A DNA stretch of 64,000 nucleotides from Chiloscyllium plagiosum (GCF_004010195.1 NC_057758.1:3711428-3775427); one strand, 5' to 3'. Positions 24,741-39,144 are shown, counted from the stretch's first letter. Made by a program: numbers and translations. Notes: generated from the sequence alone by a model not told the origin.

Positions 24741-26562
24741 AAAGAAAAAAAAGTAGATATACGAGCACTTTACCAGAACATTTTGTAACGTGATTCAATA
24801 TAAGGACTCTTTGAGATAATTGATTGCATTTATACGGAGCACATTCCACATCTCTGAGCTCAGGCAACTGAATAAAATCCCAAAAAGGATATATAGTCTG
24901 ATCTCTTGAAATTCACCAGAATTAGAGGTGTATGAATATCTGAATTAGCCGGGTATGAGTATCGGGAAGTGTTGTCGAGACTGAAGGATATGGCAGAGAT
25001 TGAGGGGCGTTTCAAATAAATATTTGAAAACATTTCCCTATTCAACGTGTCAAAGAGGCAGCTAAGGACATCTGCTTGGTGAATAGTTGTTGAGAGTAGA
25101 TAATTAGCACATTAAATCAAACAGTTTTTCGAAAATTATCCGAAATGAGACCATAACATAATTTCAGAATAGGGATGAATGAGAAACTTGGCTGATTGAA
25201 AGAAGACACAAAAAAAAATCAAAATTCAAATGCAAATCAGCACACGCTTGAGGAGCTCGTGGTGCTATTTCTGATACAGATGTACTAACCGGGAAGGAAG
25301 AACTTTGGTCTCGATTCTCCATCCACACTGATGGGCTCGACAAGCACCAGGACGATGAGGAACAAAAGGAGTTATTTCATCTTTCTCTAGACAGTATTTC
25401 AGAGTCATGGTGAGGTGACTGGAACACGGATGCTCTCCATAAGAAATGAAAGAGTATACTGAAGCTAATGATCAAATATCAAACTTGAGGATTGGATCCA
25501 CGCTGTGCTCATTATAAAGGCATTTTACTACCTAATACCAAATATAGCTGGAATCCAAAATGAAGCGTTTCTGTCGATCAGTTATTTCTCAGTGAACGGA
25601 GAAACCTAATTGTTTACGAATTGACCTGGCGAAGGTTCACAGGAAACATGCACACTGGATATGTAGGGTTTTCTTAAGTTAAGGAAAATATTTGGCCGAA
25701 AGTTCCTCTGCTGGCTCTTTCAGTTTTCCCACAAAGAACTAATAGTGACATACTGGGCCGGATGGCTAAACTTTTTCTGTACTTAATTGCATTGATCACT
25801 TCACACCTTTGAACGTTATTACACAATCGCATATAGAGGCATTGACGGCTGATGCATTAGTGAAACATGTCATGTAACATTAAACACAAACAAAATGAAA
25901 TGGATCAAACCACATTTCTGCCTGAGATCTGAGAACCTCAGCGACGAGCATGATATTCCTAAAGAACATAGTGATAGTTGACGTTTAGTCCCTGCTCCCT
26001 GTTGCTGCTGGTTTTGGTGAGTGAACTGTCTCTTTAACTGTGCCAACGTGGGGTCAAACTCAATAAGCATGTGCTCAGTATAAAACACAGTGTACTTTGC
26101 TCGTTAATAAATAGCTTCTGCTCTCGAGGTGGCCACTTTTTCTGTGAGGAGAAGAGGAAAGTATTAGGAAGGTGATGCCTTTTCTCTTTGGGTGCCTGGC
26201 CCTGGTGTTGGTACAGCCTTTTATTGCTGCTGGAGTTGTGTCCTTGCTTGATTTTGCGGAGCATGAGTGTACCTCACCGTGCACTATTGGTGGAACATGC
26301 TGGGAAAGAGAAGATGCCATTCAGGTCCTCACACCTGTGCAAATGCAACATCAACGTGGTTGATATACGTTCATACCCCCCGATGTTCTCTGTTTCTTCC
26401 AGAGCATAAGGGCATAAGATGTAGGAGCAGAATTTAGGACATTAAGCCCGTCGAGTCTGCTCCTGTATTCAATCATGGCTGATAAGTTTACACATTCATG
26501 TTCTCGCTTTCTTTGGATCCTCTTAATACTCAAGTAACTATGCATCTCATTGTAAAATATAA

Positions 26563-29500
26563 TATTATGACACCACCTTGAATTCTTCTGTTAATTAAAT
26601 CAAACACCCAGAAAAGTTCAACTTGGCTCATCATCTTTTAAAATATGAGTTAGAGGGAACTTCCAAAATCCACTATTTAATGTAAATAATTTCAACTTAT
26701 TGTTTCACACTAAAAGTAAATATTAAACTACAACTCCACACACCCCCTCCCCATAACTGTTTATTATCTGCCTCCAAATCGATAACAATATGCCTTTCCA
26801 ATAAAACAATGAATAAAATTACGTCAACTTAATCTGAAAACCATACAGTAGCTGTCGTTTTTGTTGTCATTCTTCGTTCGGCTGAAATCATCCTGGGCCG
26901 TCTTCTTACTTTTCCTGCGAATTCGTCTCATACAAAAAGCGACCTTTAATAGGGTGTGTTTCAAAATGCAGTTTTCTGGCTGACTTTCAAATCGCCTGCT
27001 TTTTAATATGCTCAACATCAGATCGTTAAATTGGTTCAATGTTGGAAAAACCATTCATTCAGACTTGATTGGACTTTACTACTCTGAGGCGTATTTTAAA
27101 CTGATAGGTTGATTTCGAATTATTCTCAAATCAATATTTGGCACTTATTGAGTCATAGAGTCACAGGGATGTACAGCATGGATACAGACCCTTAGGTCCA
27201 ACCAGTACATGCCGACAGATATTCCAACACAATCTCGTCCCACATGACAGAACCCGGCCAATATCCCTCCAAACACTTCCTCTTCATATACCCATTCAAA
27301 AGCCTCTAAAATGTTGCGATTGTACCAGCCTCCACCACATTTTTGGAAGTTCATTCCATACACATACCATCCTCTGTGTGAAAACGTTGTCACTTAGGTC
27401 TCTTTTATATCATTCCCCTCTCACCCTAAACCTATGCCCTCTAGTTCTGGGCTCCCCGACACCAGGAAAATACTTTGTCTATTTACCCTATCCATGCCCT
27501 TCTTAATTTTGTAAACCTCTACAGGGTCATCCCTCAGCCTCCGATGCTGCAGGGAAAATATTCCCAGCCTGTTCAGCCTCTTCCGATAGTTCAAATCTCC
27601 AACACTGGCAACATCCTTGTAAATTTTTTCTGAACGCTTCCAAGTTTCAAATACATCTTAATTTTTCACCACATCCTTGTTCATTACTTGTCAATAAAAA
27701 TGTGTTCGTACCTTAACTGAGTCTTCCTCGCTTTTTGACGACTTGTTTCTCATAATTCACGTGTAACAATAACACTTCCTTAATGTATGCTGCCGGCAAC
27801 ACAATCTGGTGTATTTCCACCCATTTCCCCTATGTACTAACATGTCGTGGTTGCTATTTTCGTCATAAGAGTCTATCTTTAAGGTAAAATCCCTCAGGAA
27901 TAATGCTGATTTTTTTTCTGTGATACACACAAACATACACAGACACAAAAACACACACCCGCGCACACACACAGACATACACGCGCACACACACACCTTT
28001 CATTGAGTGGTATTTCTCATGTACGTCCAATAGCCTTTAAGGCCTTCACACTTCTGTCTCACTCTTTGCCTGTTCAGATTTTTCCTGCAACGTTATATTC
28101 AGCAGTGTGTCCGCTAACACTCACATCCTACATCTTTCTCTTTAGTTTTTGCTTCGTACTGTGACTTATTATTGTTGGATCTTCATAGTACACATTTGGA
28201 AAAATTGCACGATCTCCACTTCTCCCAATTTCTGTCCCTCATAGGATGAATTTCTTGCCGAAATGTGAACTTTGCATCATGCACCAATGCATATTCATTT
28301 GTCATCCCTGCTGTTCTTCTCATTTCTTGAACTTTCTGTTCATTCACGTGAATTCGTATCACCTCTGAATGTGAAATTTTAAGTTTTTCCAGAAGAATTA
28401 ATTATCTTAGATCCTCCTAGTTCCTATCTATTTTGAAGATCTGCGCCCTTCTATGAAAGTTACTATGTTTAGTTCTTTCGAACCCAAAGTAAGACAGACC
28501 TGGTTCCTTCTTTATGTTTCTGAACCACTTTCTATTGGCTGTTGGTATCAATTCATAATCACTCAAAGTAGCCTGTTTGACATCTGCATAATCATTTGAC
28601 CCCTCATCAGAGAGCGCTGAAAATACCTCATTAGCTCTGGCTCCCAGCATAGACTAAACCAGCATTATCCACATGTCCTCTGACCACTTCATCTGCCTAG
28701 TCACTTTTTAAAATGAAATAAACAAGACTTTGGCGTCTTTCTCATAAAATTGCGGCAATGATTTAGCATATTTTTGTACATCACTACTTTCTCTGATCAC
28801 GTCCACCCCGTTAGCATGTTTTTCCTGACTCATTCAAAACTTCTGAAGTTCAAATTCTCTCTACCAAACTCTTCCTTCTCTCTCTCTTTGCTCATCTAAG
28901 AAACGTCTCCCTTCCTTCACTCTCTCTCTCTGTTTCTTTGTCTTCTAAGTCCATTTGCCTCAATTACAACTTACACTTTTCTAATGCAATTGCACGGGCC
29001 TATTTTTGTTTTACACGTAAGTGCTTGACTAACTCAAGCTTATTAGACCCAAGCTTAACCTATTTTCTAATTCTAAAAGTCTGGCCTTCTTCTGTCTGTT
29101 AAAACTTGCTTGCCAAATTTGGGAATCATTTTCAAAACTTGGAAAATCTCGGGCAATCTTTGGGCACATTTCTCTACTTCTAATTTAACCAACCACAAGT
29201 AATCGAAATTTAACAAATAATTCACCTGCGTTTTATTTCCACATGTCGGACACTCGTCGGCAATCTTTTAAATCTGCTGGGATTTTTCACTTCCCAAATA
29301 TGTTCAAATCTGTCCAAGCCTCAGGCTGGATCTGTCAACACCCGCGCAAGCCACGGACCCAAACCCCGAAACTGTTATGACACGGTGGTGAACCCTTCTG
29401 TAATTTAACCAAACATCCAGAAATACCCATCTCCCCTCGTAATGTGTTAAAATATGAATGACACGGAACTCCCAAATTCCAACATTTAAACAAAATGATA

Positions 29501-30001
29501 TGAATATATTCTTTAACTTTAGAAGTGAACAGGTAAACAACAACCAGGTACCACTCTAATCACATCCACACCCCTTAACTGCTTATTATCTGCTTCCAAA
29601 TTTATAATAATGTACTTTTGCAATAAACCACTGATTAAAATTACAGCAACATAATTACAAAACCATACAGAAGCAGTCGTATTTGCTGTCTTTCTTCATT
29701 TGGCAAGCGTTTCTCCCTGAGTCGTCTTCTGTCTTTTACTGTGAATATATATCTTATGGAAAGATACATTTGATAACGAGTATTTCAAATGGTAGTTGCT
29801 CTCGTTGACTTTCAAACTGCTTTCGTTTTTTTTATTCCCACGTAACTGGATCGTATCATTAGTTCAGTGCTAGCAAAACAATAAATGCAAACTTGATTGG
29901 GTTTAGTCTGGGAGCATAATTTAACCTGATTTTTGAAATTCTTTTTTTTTGCCAAAACAGCCAGTTGTTACATATTTCCAATTTTCAATTGCATAATGAC
30001 A
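26563..30001 (-). mobile_element. Gypsy (Gmr1-like) LTR retrotransposon remnant: two diverged LTR-like copies (~26563-27140 and ~29373-30001) with a gag fragment and no pol
   Basis: Gag-like LGARANEVFSALSDEGSNDYADVKQATLSDYELIPTANRKWFRNIKKEPG (28417-28650). The two flanks align (ttatgacac..., ataactg.ttattatctgc.tccaaat, aaaaccatacag.agc.gtcgt). Confidence 0.7.
27148..27650 (-). mobile_element. CR1-type LINE 3' end
   Basis: Reverse-complement tail agtcatagagtcac and typical CR1 C-terminal and 3' UTR sequence. Confidence 0.85.
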
Positions 30002-32479
30002 TTGCTACTTAATCATAAGACCGCGGCCTTTAAGCTCTCATTACAAAACAGCATTCACTCTCTCTTAAAGGGGCAGTACACACCTTAAACTTCAGATCAA
30101 TACTCAATGCCCTGGCCTCCACAGCATTCTGTTGCAATGAATTCCATTGAATCACTACTGTCTGGCTGAAGAACTTTCTACTTATCTCTGTTTGCTTAAG
30201 CTCAATCATCCTCCTACCATTCCCAGATTTGACCCAATTCACATGTTGTGGAGTGCCTTCAGCATCCAGGGACGTGATATGTAAATATCCACCAGTTACA
30301 CTATCCACCGACCTCTCCTTCTTGAAAACTGCCTCTGATGTGTGACCCTTTAGCAGAGCAGTTGGTCTCTTGCTCCTAATATTTGTTCCAGTGTTTCAGT
30401 ATAAAAATTATCTTTCATACTTTCCCACAACAGATCATTTGAGACATTATAATGAAATCAACAACAATTCAATTTGTGTTCATCTCTTTTTGTCCACTCA
30501 TACCTCATGTGACTTGGGTCGCGCACTCTGGGAGAACTGTCCACCATTCTGCGCTTTCCCTACATTGATAGTCCCGGGGAGAGGAATGTGCACTTCTGTG
30601 GTCCCATTCTACTTTGGGCAAAACACACTGGGAGCAGTGTGCATTCCTCAGGTTCCAATATTCTCAGTTCACAACATGCATTGGACAGGACACACAGGAG
30701 ACACTCTGCATTCTTCCGGTCCCAAATATATTATGCAGAACACAGCAGGGGCACTGGCGACACCTCAGACCCTAATCTACATCGGGCAGAAGACACTGGG
30801 AGCACTGTGCACTCCTCACCTCTCAAAATCAACTGTGCAGTCGTATCCCTCAGGAAGATTTTGGAGCATCACGTCCAACAGTGCATGAGAAACCAAATAA
30901 GTTTCATTGTTGGGACGTGACATTTGCTGCACTAAGTAATGAGTGGCAAGACACAGAAAGTGCCAAACTCCCTCCCCACATAGCGTGGTCCCACTAATCG
31001 TCTCAGCTATGGTAATAGTGATGTCTGTGACTCTTATACATCGAGTGACTCTTGTACATCGAGTGGAACCGGACCCCCTTGACCCATTGATTTCAGTGTA
31101 AGTTGAATAAAGCTTACTGCATTAAATAGTGCCTCTCGATGGTCGTTACTTTCTGAATCGGATCGACGTCTTTCTGTATGAAAGGAGAGGGGCAGCACAG
31201 AGATTCTAACGGCTCCTTTGAAATGTTTTACCTCAAATAGTCCCCGTAGTGGAATCATACTTTGCACCCAATGCTTTGGCCTCGTTTGTCACCATCTGTG
31301 GGGATGTTATGTTTCAGTGCAAACTTCCTACACAATACCGTCTATATCATCCCCTCAACTGAGGAAGATCAACGTTTCCTTTGAGTTAATTGATTGCAGG
31401 TGTCAGTGACTGAACTGTCCCTATGATAGATTCGAGTTGGAGCAAGCCCTCTGCGTACATGTGTGTTGTGTGTTTGTGTGTGTATACGCTTGTGCATGAG
31501 CACGCGTGTGTTTATCTGCATGTTAGTGAGATCAAGATAATGAATAAGAGAAAATAAAGAGCTTCTGTCTTCCATTGAACACAAGTGGCACCGAAGAGCT
31601 CAACACAGTGACAAAAGCCCTGTTTTTTCTCCTTTGATCCTGTTGTCGATGCCACCCATTACTGTTGGAAGAGGAATGAGTGTAAGTAACTTTACTGAAA
31701 CTGAGTATATCTCTTTCTTTACAGGGACTGACAATGATGAAGAAATGGAGAACATGCAACACTCCCATATCCTGTGGTGACATTCAGGTAAATAACGGTT
31801 AAATGTGTGTCCTGTCCTGACAAATAATCTTTGCTCAATAACACTTAAACACAAGCATAATACAAGTCACCAATTACGGTGTTGAAATTTCCAAAGTGTT
31901 TGTTTCATCATCCAGCCGCTCTTCATATCCACTAAAGAGTTTAATGCACCTGTCATATATCTGTTCATACTGCTCCTTGAGCAAGGTTGCATTTCTCTTG
32001 TTTTTTTTTACGAGTGTTGTAAAATGCAAAGGTTTGTATTTGTCTGATTAAGGGTCTTTGCTAATGGTTATCAGATACTGTCCAAAGCTCCCAGCAGGAA
32101 AAACGTTATTCGATGTTTTCAAACACTTGTACAATGAAAAGTGAGGGGGCAGTTCTTCAAGTTCATGGCTGCTTCAGATTTGCTTTAGGTTTTAGCTGGG
32201 AATCCAAAGAAAATTTGCAGTGAAAATAATGTCAGTGCAGATTCTCTCTCCGACAGCTCTCCTGCAAGAACCTGCGTTTGAATTTATTTTTCTTTTGCCA
32301 GTAGTACATATTAAGGGAATGTTGCTGGAATTTCCAACTTTATCATTAAGCTGCGATAGATTCGTTTGTGCTTTCAGATAGGTTAAAATATTCAGTATTC
32401 TGTTATTTTCTTTTGTGCTTTACTTGGTAGTCTGTAAGAAAAATCTGTTTTATTTAAAAATGTGTGGTTTGACCAGCTG

Positions 32480-33520
32480 TATCACTCCTTCTTTAAATAC
32501 CACAATTTCCCCTCAGACGTGATTGATGATGCCCTCCAGCGCTTCTCACCCACTTTCTGCAGCTCCGACCCCGAACCAAACCATCCAAACACCCCACTAA
32601 CATCTGAATGCATCGCATCATTCTTCACGATTTCTGCCACCTCCAAACGGATCCCGCCGCCAGAAATGTTTTCCCTCTCGACCCTTAGTGGGTTTCCATA
32701 AAGATTGTTGCCTCTGCTATACCCTCGTCATTCCCCGCCCCACGCCAACCTCCCCTCCTAGAACCTTCTCCTGCTACCTCAGTTTTTTGGAAAACCTGCA
32801 ACTTAACCTCTCCCATCACCTCCGTCCATGCTCCAAAGGAGCCTTTAGCATCCATCAAAGTTTCACCTGCACTTCTACAAATGTCATTTGCTGTATCTAT
32901 TGCTCCAGATGCGGTCTCCTCTACATTTGTGAGACAGGATGCCTACTCGCACAGCCCTTCAGCAACATCTCCACGGCGTCCGCAACAACGAACCCCAGCA
33001 CTTCCAGTTGAACAGTTCAACTCCAATTCCTAATTCACCGATGTTATGCGGGTCCTGGAACTCCTCCGTCGTCACTCCCTAACCACCCTACTTCTGGAGG
33101 ATGAACGCCTCATCTTTCACCTCGGGACCATCCAACCGCATGGCATCAATGTTCATTTCACCAGTTTCATCATTTCCCCGCCACACCTCATCCCAGATCT
33201 AGCCTTCCAACTCGTCCCCATACTCATAACCTGACGACCTGTTCATCTTCCTTCTCACTATCCTCTCCACACTTCCCTCTGTCCTATCACCGCTACTCTA
33301 ATCTCCATTCACCTATCGCACTCTCAGCTAACGTCCTCCAAGCACCAACCCCTTCCATTTATCTCTCCACCCACGGACTCCCAGCATTATTCATGATGAA
33401 GGGATTTCTTTTAACCCGAACCTTCGACTCTCCTGCTCCTCGCATGTTGCCTGACCTGCTGAACCTTCCAGCACCACACGCACGACTGTAATGTCTAGCA
33501 TCTGCAGTCCTCATTTTCAC
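32480..33520 (+). mobile_element. Penelope-like element remnant (GIY-YIG endonuclease region and 3' end)
   Basis: FTCTSTNVICCIYCSRCGLLYICETG; RLIFHLGTIQPHGINVHF. Confidence 0.8.
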
Positions 33521-36500
33521 TCCTGGTATTTACTGGCCGACCTTCCTGAAATGTATTGAGCGGTCGGGCCTGGTCCATAATAAACATTTCCCATTTTCTG
33601 TTGATGTTAGGCATGAATTAAATGCATCTTTATTTCCAATCTCTCCCCTGAATCTGTCTCCTGTTTCTGCAATTCCCTGCATTTCGATAACCACTGTTCT
33701 GAAAGAAAAGTCTCATATGGTGGTACTGTTGTTTGAGTGGGTTGGACAAGATCCGAAGACACAAGGGCGTAATCCAACAGTTTTATTTGAAATCGCAAGC
33801 TTCCAGAGCGCTGCTCCTTCGTCGAGTGAAGTGCCTTCAGCTCTTTAGTCCCTGAACTCATGAGTAAAGTACAACTGACATTCTTCAGATAACAAAGCAG
33901 CACAATCAACAAACCGACGCTGCAAATTTGACGACAGGACGGAACAAAGGACTGACAACGCTTCAAGACTGACATTTCAATCATTTTGGGGATTTGTTTT
34001 CTAAGTGGAAAATGATCCTTGTCGCAGATGTCATAGTCAGTAAGTCATAGTGCTCCACTAACCTGGCTGAAGATGTGAAAGTGTGTCGTTATCCAAACAA
34101 CTAAAGAGCTGATAGGCTCTCAAGAAAGATCAACAGAAACAGAGCTGGACGATTTGATCTTATTCATACACAGATTCGGGTGTCACTGGCTGGAACTAAT
34201 ATGAATTAGTTCTCTTTTACTGCCCCTTCAGAAGGTGCTGAGCTGTCTTCTTGAACAGTTGCAGTCAATGTGTTGTAGGGATTGTTCCATTAGGGAGGCA
34301 GTTCCAGAATATTTTCTCGCGGCTCTGAAGGATCGGTGATATATTTCCAAGTTGGAATGGTGAATAATTTCGAGGGGAATTTAGAGGTGGAGTTATTCAT
34401 ATGTATCTGCCATTCTTATCCTTAGATATAGAAGTGGTCGTGTATTTTTGAAAATACTACCTGAAGATATTTGGCGAATTCTTGCTGAAACTGAGCGTTG
34501 GTGATGTAGGGAAAGATGCTTGTGAATGTGTTTCCGAAACATTTGGGTTGCTTTGTCCTGAATGTTGTCAAGCTTCTTGTCTGATATTGGAGCTGCACTC
34601 ATCCAGGCAAATTGGGAATTTTCCATGATACTCCTGACTTATGCCTTGTTGATTGGCAGCGAAAGATTGGCTGTACAATTCTCTATGTCTAACCTGAGCT
34701 TCTCGCCACTCTACTGATATTGCAACTCGAGTTTATACAGACTGCTGCAACTGAGCGCAGAGATGTGTTTAAAATCAGATCATCCATGATCTTACCGAAT
34801 GGAAGAGCAGGCGTGTCATGACCTTGCTCATACGTTCGAATGGGTAGCTTACTCTGGGCATCGAAGGGGAGAGACGAGTTTGAGATGGTATAGATGGACA
34901 GTCTCCACAAAATAAGTGATGCAACATTTGATACGTGGCAGTAAGGTATATGGAGAGGTATGGTTGTGAGTGAGAGGATCCGGCGAAAAGTGATATCATC
35001 TTGTGCTAAAGGCGTGGCTATAAAATGTGTATTGTGTGATGATTCCTAATTCGTAATAGATAGAAACAAAGGCACAGCGCTGTATAAGTAGCTGGAACAA
35101 TAGAAGCGTGTGCCCAGGTCTCACAGGTTAGGATTTCAACATTTTTTGAGGTGTTATATTCAGCAGTAGAAAAGATCGTTCACCTATTCCCGTTCACAGC
35201 CATTAGCTGGTGCTTCTTTGCCTGCGGCAGGCAGAGCATGGGAGGAAATCTGACATCTAAATGTACGTTTTTGACAAGGGATGTGACTATGGCATGTTAC
35301 TATAGCGGAACAGTTCATCAGTAATATTTACTGCATTCAATATTCTGTTAAATCTTCCAACGGATTAAAGTTATTCTCAGCTCTTCATTCGGGCATTGCC
35401 TTTTAACCATAGTGTTTGAATAAATGGTGTTTTGCTTAATGTTGAGTTATTTGTCCAAGCAATTCGCATCTGGAACACGGCAGCTTTCATTTGCCCCCAA
35501 ATAAGGAAACCGACCGGTTTAGACAACAATCTTAAACTACTTTGAGATGGTCTAGTATGGTCTGGACCATAACAATCCCTTTGGGAGACTAGGAGTTACA
35601 CTACATCAGCCCGAGGCAAGGCCATTGAAAAATACACTATTTCAAATCTATCGCCCACCATCAATCCTCCAACTACTGGATAGGCCCGGAAGCAGTGAAC
35701 CATTCTTACCTGTAATGGGTAATGTTCACACTGCATCAGATCAAACTACCTCAACAACCTAAGGGACAATTGTTTTCAAGTTCGCAATTAATTGTATTTG
35801 AAGGTTCTGAAGACGAAGTCCCTCCCATCTCTTCAAAAAAAAACAGAATCCGTGGAAGTCAGGCACATGATCGCAAACTACGCAAGTTGCAGAAACCCTG
35901 CATTGAGAATCATGCAAACCGCAACTGAAAGACAGCATTGATCTCAGAATTACATTATCTTCTATGTTGTCAAAATTAAAAATCAAACAACACTGGGTTA
36001 TTGTTCAACAGATTTATTTTAAATGCACCTATTGCACTATAACTTGCTGCTTTGTGATTTACAACTTTATCTACCCCCACATCATGTTTTCCATGTTGGC
36101 CGTTGTAGAATGCGAAGTTTCCTAAGGCAGCGAACATAACGTTTGGTTCAGTCACAACGGCTTCCTTTGCAAAAGACGTCCAACATATGGAACAGTTCTC
36201 CAGCAGAGAGATTGGGCACAGCTTAATTCCAGTCAAGATACAATTCAAGACCAATGATTCAAGGAAAACATGAAATTTAGAAGGATTGGGAATGTTTCAG
36301 AGCAAGCGAATTTGTTACTTCAGAGAGTCAGTGGGATACAGGTGGTGGTGATGCAAGAGATAAACATATACACTGAAAGTGCCGATGCTAACTCTGGTGT
36401 CAAGACTAAAATACGTGTGGCGATCTTGTGTCACGTCACGGTTCTGAAATAAGTATGTCATTCACGATTCGATTTATCCAATCTGAGTTTGTCGAAAATT

Positions 36501-36619
36501 AATGGGAAAATGCTTAATTTGTATCATCCTCCTATCTAACCCTGAAGAACATTAATCAGTTTTATAATCCTGTATTGTACTCCCTCACAGTATCGTCACA
36601 GTATCCTTCCAATACCTGA

Positions 36620-37235
36620 AAACAAAGGCTGATAGCGTGTTTGTTTTCATTGGAAGAGGCAAATTGAGTAAGGATAGACAAGTTAAGCTGCAATTCTATA
36701 AAGTTTGGCTGACTCACACTTGTAATATTGCGTACAGTTCTTTTCTCCGTACTACCAGAAAACTTTGCCGAGGAAACAGAATCGTTTTACGGGCATTTTG
36801 GCTAATAAAGGCAATTTTAACTATGAAGAAAGTTAGCATATTCTGGATTTGTTTTCAATGGAATGCAGGAGTTTGAGGGGCGATCTGATAGATGTTGATA
36901 AAACAGCGAATGGCATGGATTGTGTGGAATTTAATACGCTTTTTCCCAGATTTGAGAGGTCATTTACAAAGGGACTCAGTTTTAAGGGGTTGGAAAAGGT
37001 GTGGTGGGATGGCAGCCGGGATTAGTTTGGGGGTCGTGGCAGTTTTAAAAGAGATCTGCAAAGTAATCATTCTTGCAAAGGGTTTTGACTGCCTGGACCA
37101 TGCTGCCAGAGGAACTGGTGGAAGCAGGTACAACAGCAGCATTCCAAAAGCAAATAGAAAAATGCATGATTAGGAAGGGAAAGGAGAAATACGGAAACAA
37201 TAAATGAAGACAACTCTAGCGTGGAAATGTAAAAG
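36620..37235 (+). mobile_element. Highly degraded CR1-type LINE 3' fragment
   Basis: ttgaggggcgatctgatagatg and related CR1 C-terminal residual motifs. Confidence 0.55.
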
Positions 37236-39144
37236 TGGTGGCACAGGCTTGGGGGTGCGGGTGGAGGGGGGGCTGTTCCTGTGCTGCATTGTTCTTTGCA
37301 ATTGGATAAAATTGGCTATTGAGACAGAAGTTTAAAATAAGTCAGGAAGGATACAGAGAGCACGATGGAAAGATGGACAGATGGGGAGATGGTGAACAAT
37401 CATGGCGAGGAAGGCAGGAAGGAAGAAGAGATACAGATGTCCTGAGGAATAGACACAAAGAGAGCGTCAGGCAAATTGGAGAGCAGAATAATTCTAGGGA
37501 GTGATAATGGGCACGAGTGCAGGCAGGTTGAATGGTGCTTCCTTTTGTTTTGAAACCAGAGTCGGCAGACAGATCGAAAATTGCCAATTAACCTGTGTTA
37601 GAACATTGGACAAACCAGTTAATTCAGCCACATGCTGCTTCATCGCTGCAAAAATTGTAGTTTTCTGGATTGATCGATTAAATTAGTGTTTTTCTATTGA
37701 TTTGGTGATATTCAGCACAACCTGCACCTGCTGTCTGAACGTAGTCTGGGTCACGGCATTCATCACAGGCTCTGTTCAGCAGCTGACGATCGGCAGCAAG
37801 AAGCCCTATCCTGACACAAAGTAATGACATTGACTATCATTCAGAACCATATATCCGGTAGCACAAAATATCACTGTCAATGTTGACAGTGCCAGGTCAA
37901 AATTGTACGCAATCACAAACAGTCAGATGTTTTTATTCTTGGAATTGCCTTTCAGTTTCTCTCTGACTCTCTCCATTGCTGTAAGACTGTAACCTCATTC
38001 TTGTTTTCCCGGTCATTAAACTGTTTCTCATGTTAAAGAAAAGCGAAGCATAATCCGGAGAGATGTAGCTTTGGTGTTAGAATATGCTGAAGTATCTCAA
38101 CTGTGACCCAGACACGAGAATACTGAACAACAATTGTAACATCGCAAAACCAGAGGATTTGTGAAACTGAGTGAATGCACTTCCGAAATTCGGTACATTG
38201 ACATCTTCAAACTAAAACTCTCCCACATACCATTCCCTCAGAGTACTTCGGGTGATTTACCCAGTCATGATTGAAGCTCCTTACAGCAAAACTGATTGAT
38301 CAGCGCGTGAGCCAGTTTCTTCCTGCAGCATATTGCACATGGTCCTCAATGTCAGCAAGTATTTCGATTGCAATGGAATCGAAGGAAATAACATCAAGGT
38401 TTCTACCTGAGCCCCGATATAGCTAGAAAGATAGAATTGCAATTAAGACAAATAAAAACACTGGCAGCATCCCGATGTTGCCATAGGAAAGAGGAGTATT
38501 TCCACACTAAACGTCTGTGTGCAATTGCCAGAGTATTATTTGTGCCCTTTCGTCCGAGTTATTTACATAAGTGCTCTGGCTGCAGATGAGAGTAATTTAG
38601 AAACTATAAAAACAGTAACAAACCTAGAAGATGACATTTCTAAGAAACTTGCTGCCTGCAGGAAGTTACCTACCTGTCTATCCTCTGTCAGTCTATTTGT
38701 GAATGCAATTGACATACTTCTGAACTCTGTGACTCAGAACCGTTTTCGTGCTCTGAATAGAAAAAGCATATAATTGATTTTGCACGAGTGTAAGGCCAGC
38801 ACAAAGATGAATGGTCTTAATGCAACACAGTGAGATCATGCTCTGTGCTACAGAATGCGAAAGAAATTCGACAGAATTCCCAGCATTTCTGGAGAGATAT
38901 AAACATTTTGTACTGACTAACCCTTCTTCAGCACAATTCTCATTGGGGAATTTGAACTCAATGAGACAGAGGCGGGAAGGTGGGTGTCGGGGTCGGGGTG
39001 GGCTTTAATCGTAAATATCTTGAATTATGGAACACTGTTGAAAAACGTACCGTTGGTGTCTCATATCATTTGTGGAAACTGTCGTCTTAATTTGTCTTTT
39101 CTGCCTGTGACATTGGACCCACATGAGCGTCGTTAACTCTTATA

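Larger units (their letters stand above)
22885..38600 (+). pseudogene. Degenerate alpha-tectorin/uromodulin-like gene copy B (NIDO - D8C - EGF-like - ZP-N - ZP-C)
   Basis: Plus-strand blocks in order: ~22885-23022 (DLFPY...ISLAISL, AG|GTGAGG); ~23160-23760 (VLNNRTG, IVMWTDV, GGSNPK...ILSNS, SGNAMNF, NIDO-like); 23812-24064 (WRTRR..ECTRD, weak D8C-like); ~26260-26370 (ECTSPCTIGGTC / HLCKCNINVVDI, EGF-like, frameshifted); ~31545-31787 (EYISFFTG, SCGDIQ|GTAAAT); 37716-37895 (NVVWV, PILTQSNDID, SFRTIYP); ~38010-38600 (HMVLNVSKY, ZP-C-like). Multiple stops and frameshifts. Confidence 0.5.

Noticed and set aside
26079..26363. TATAAAA plus signal-peptide-like ORF MMPFLFGCLALVLVQ as an independent gene start
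   Set aside because: Upstream NIDO-like blocks suggest this is internal to copy B, and another frame resembles a D8C end (AFYCC). An alternative start cannot be fully excluded.
37872..37891. 9-bp-stem palindrome cactgtcaa-tg-ttgacagtg
   Set aside because: It is short enough to occur by chance in 64 kb.
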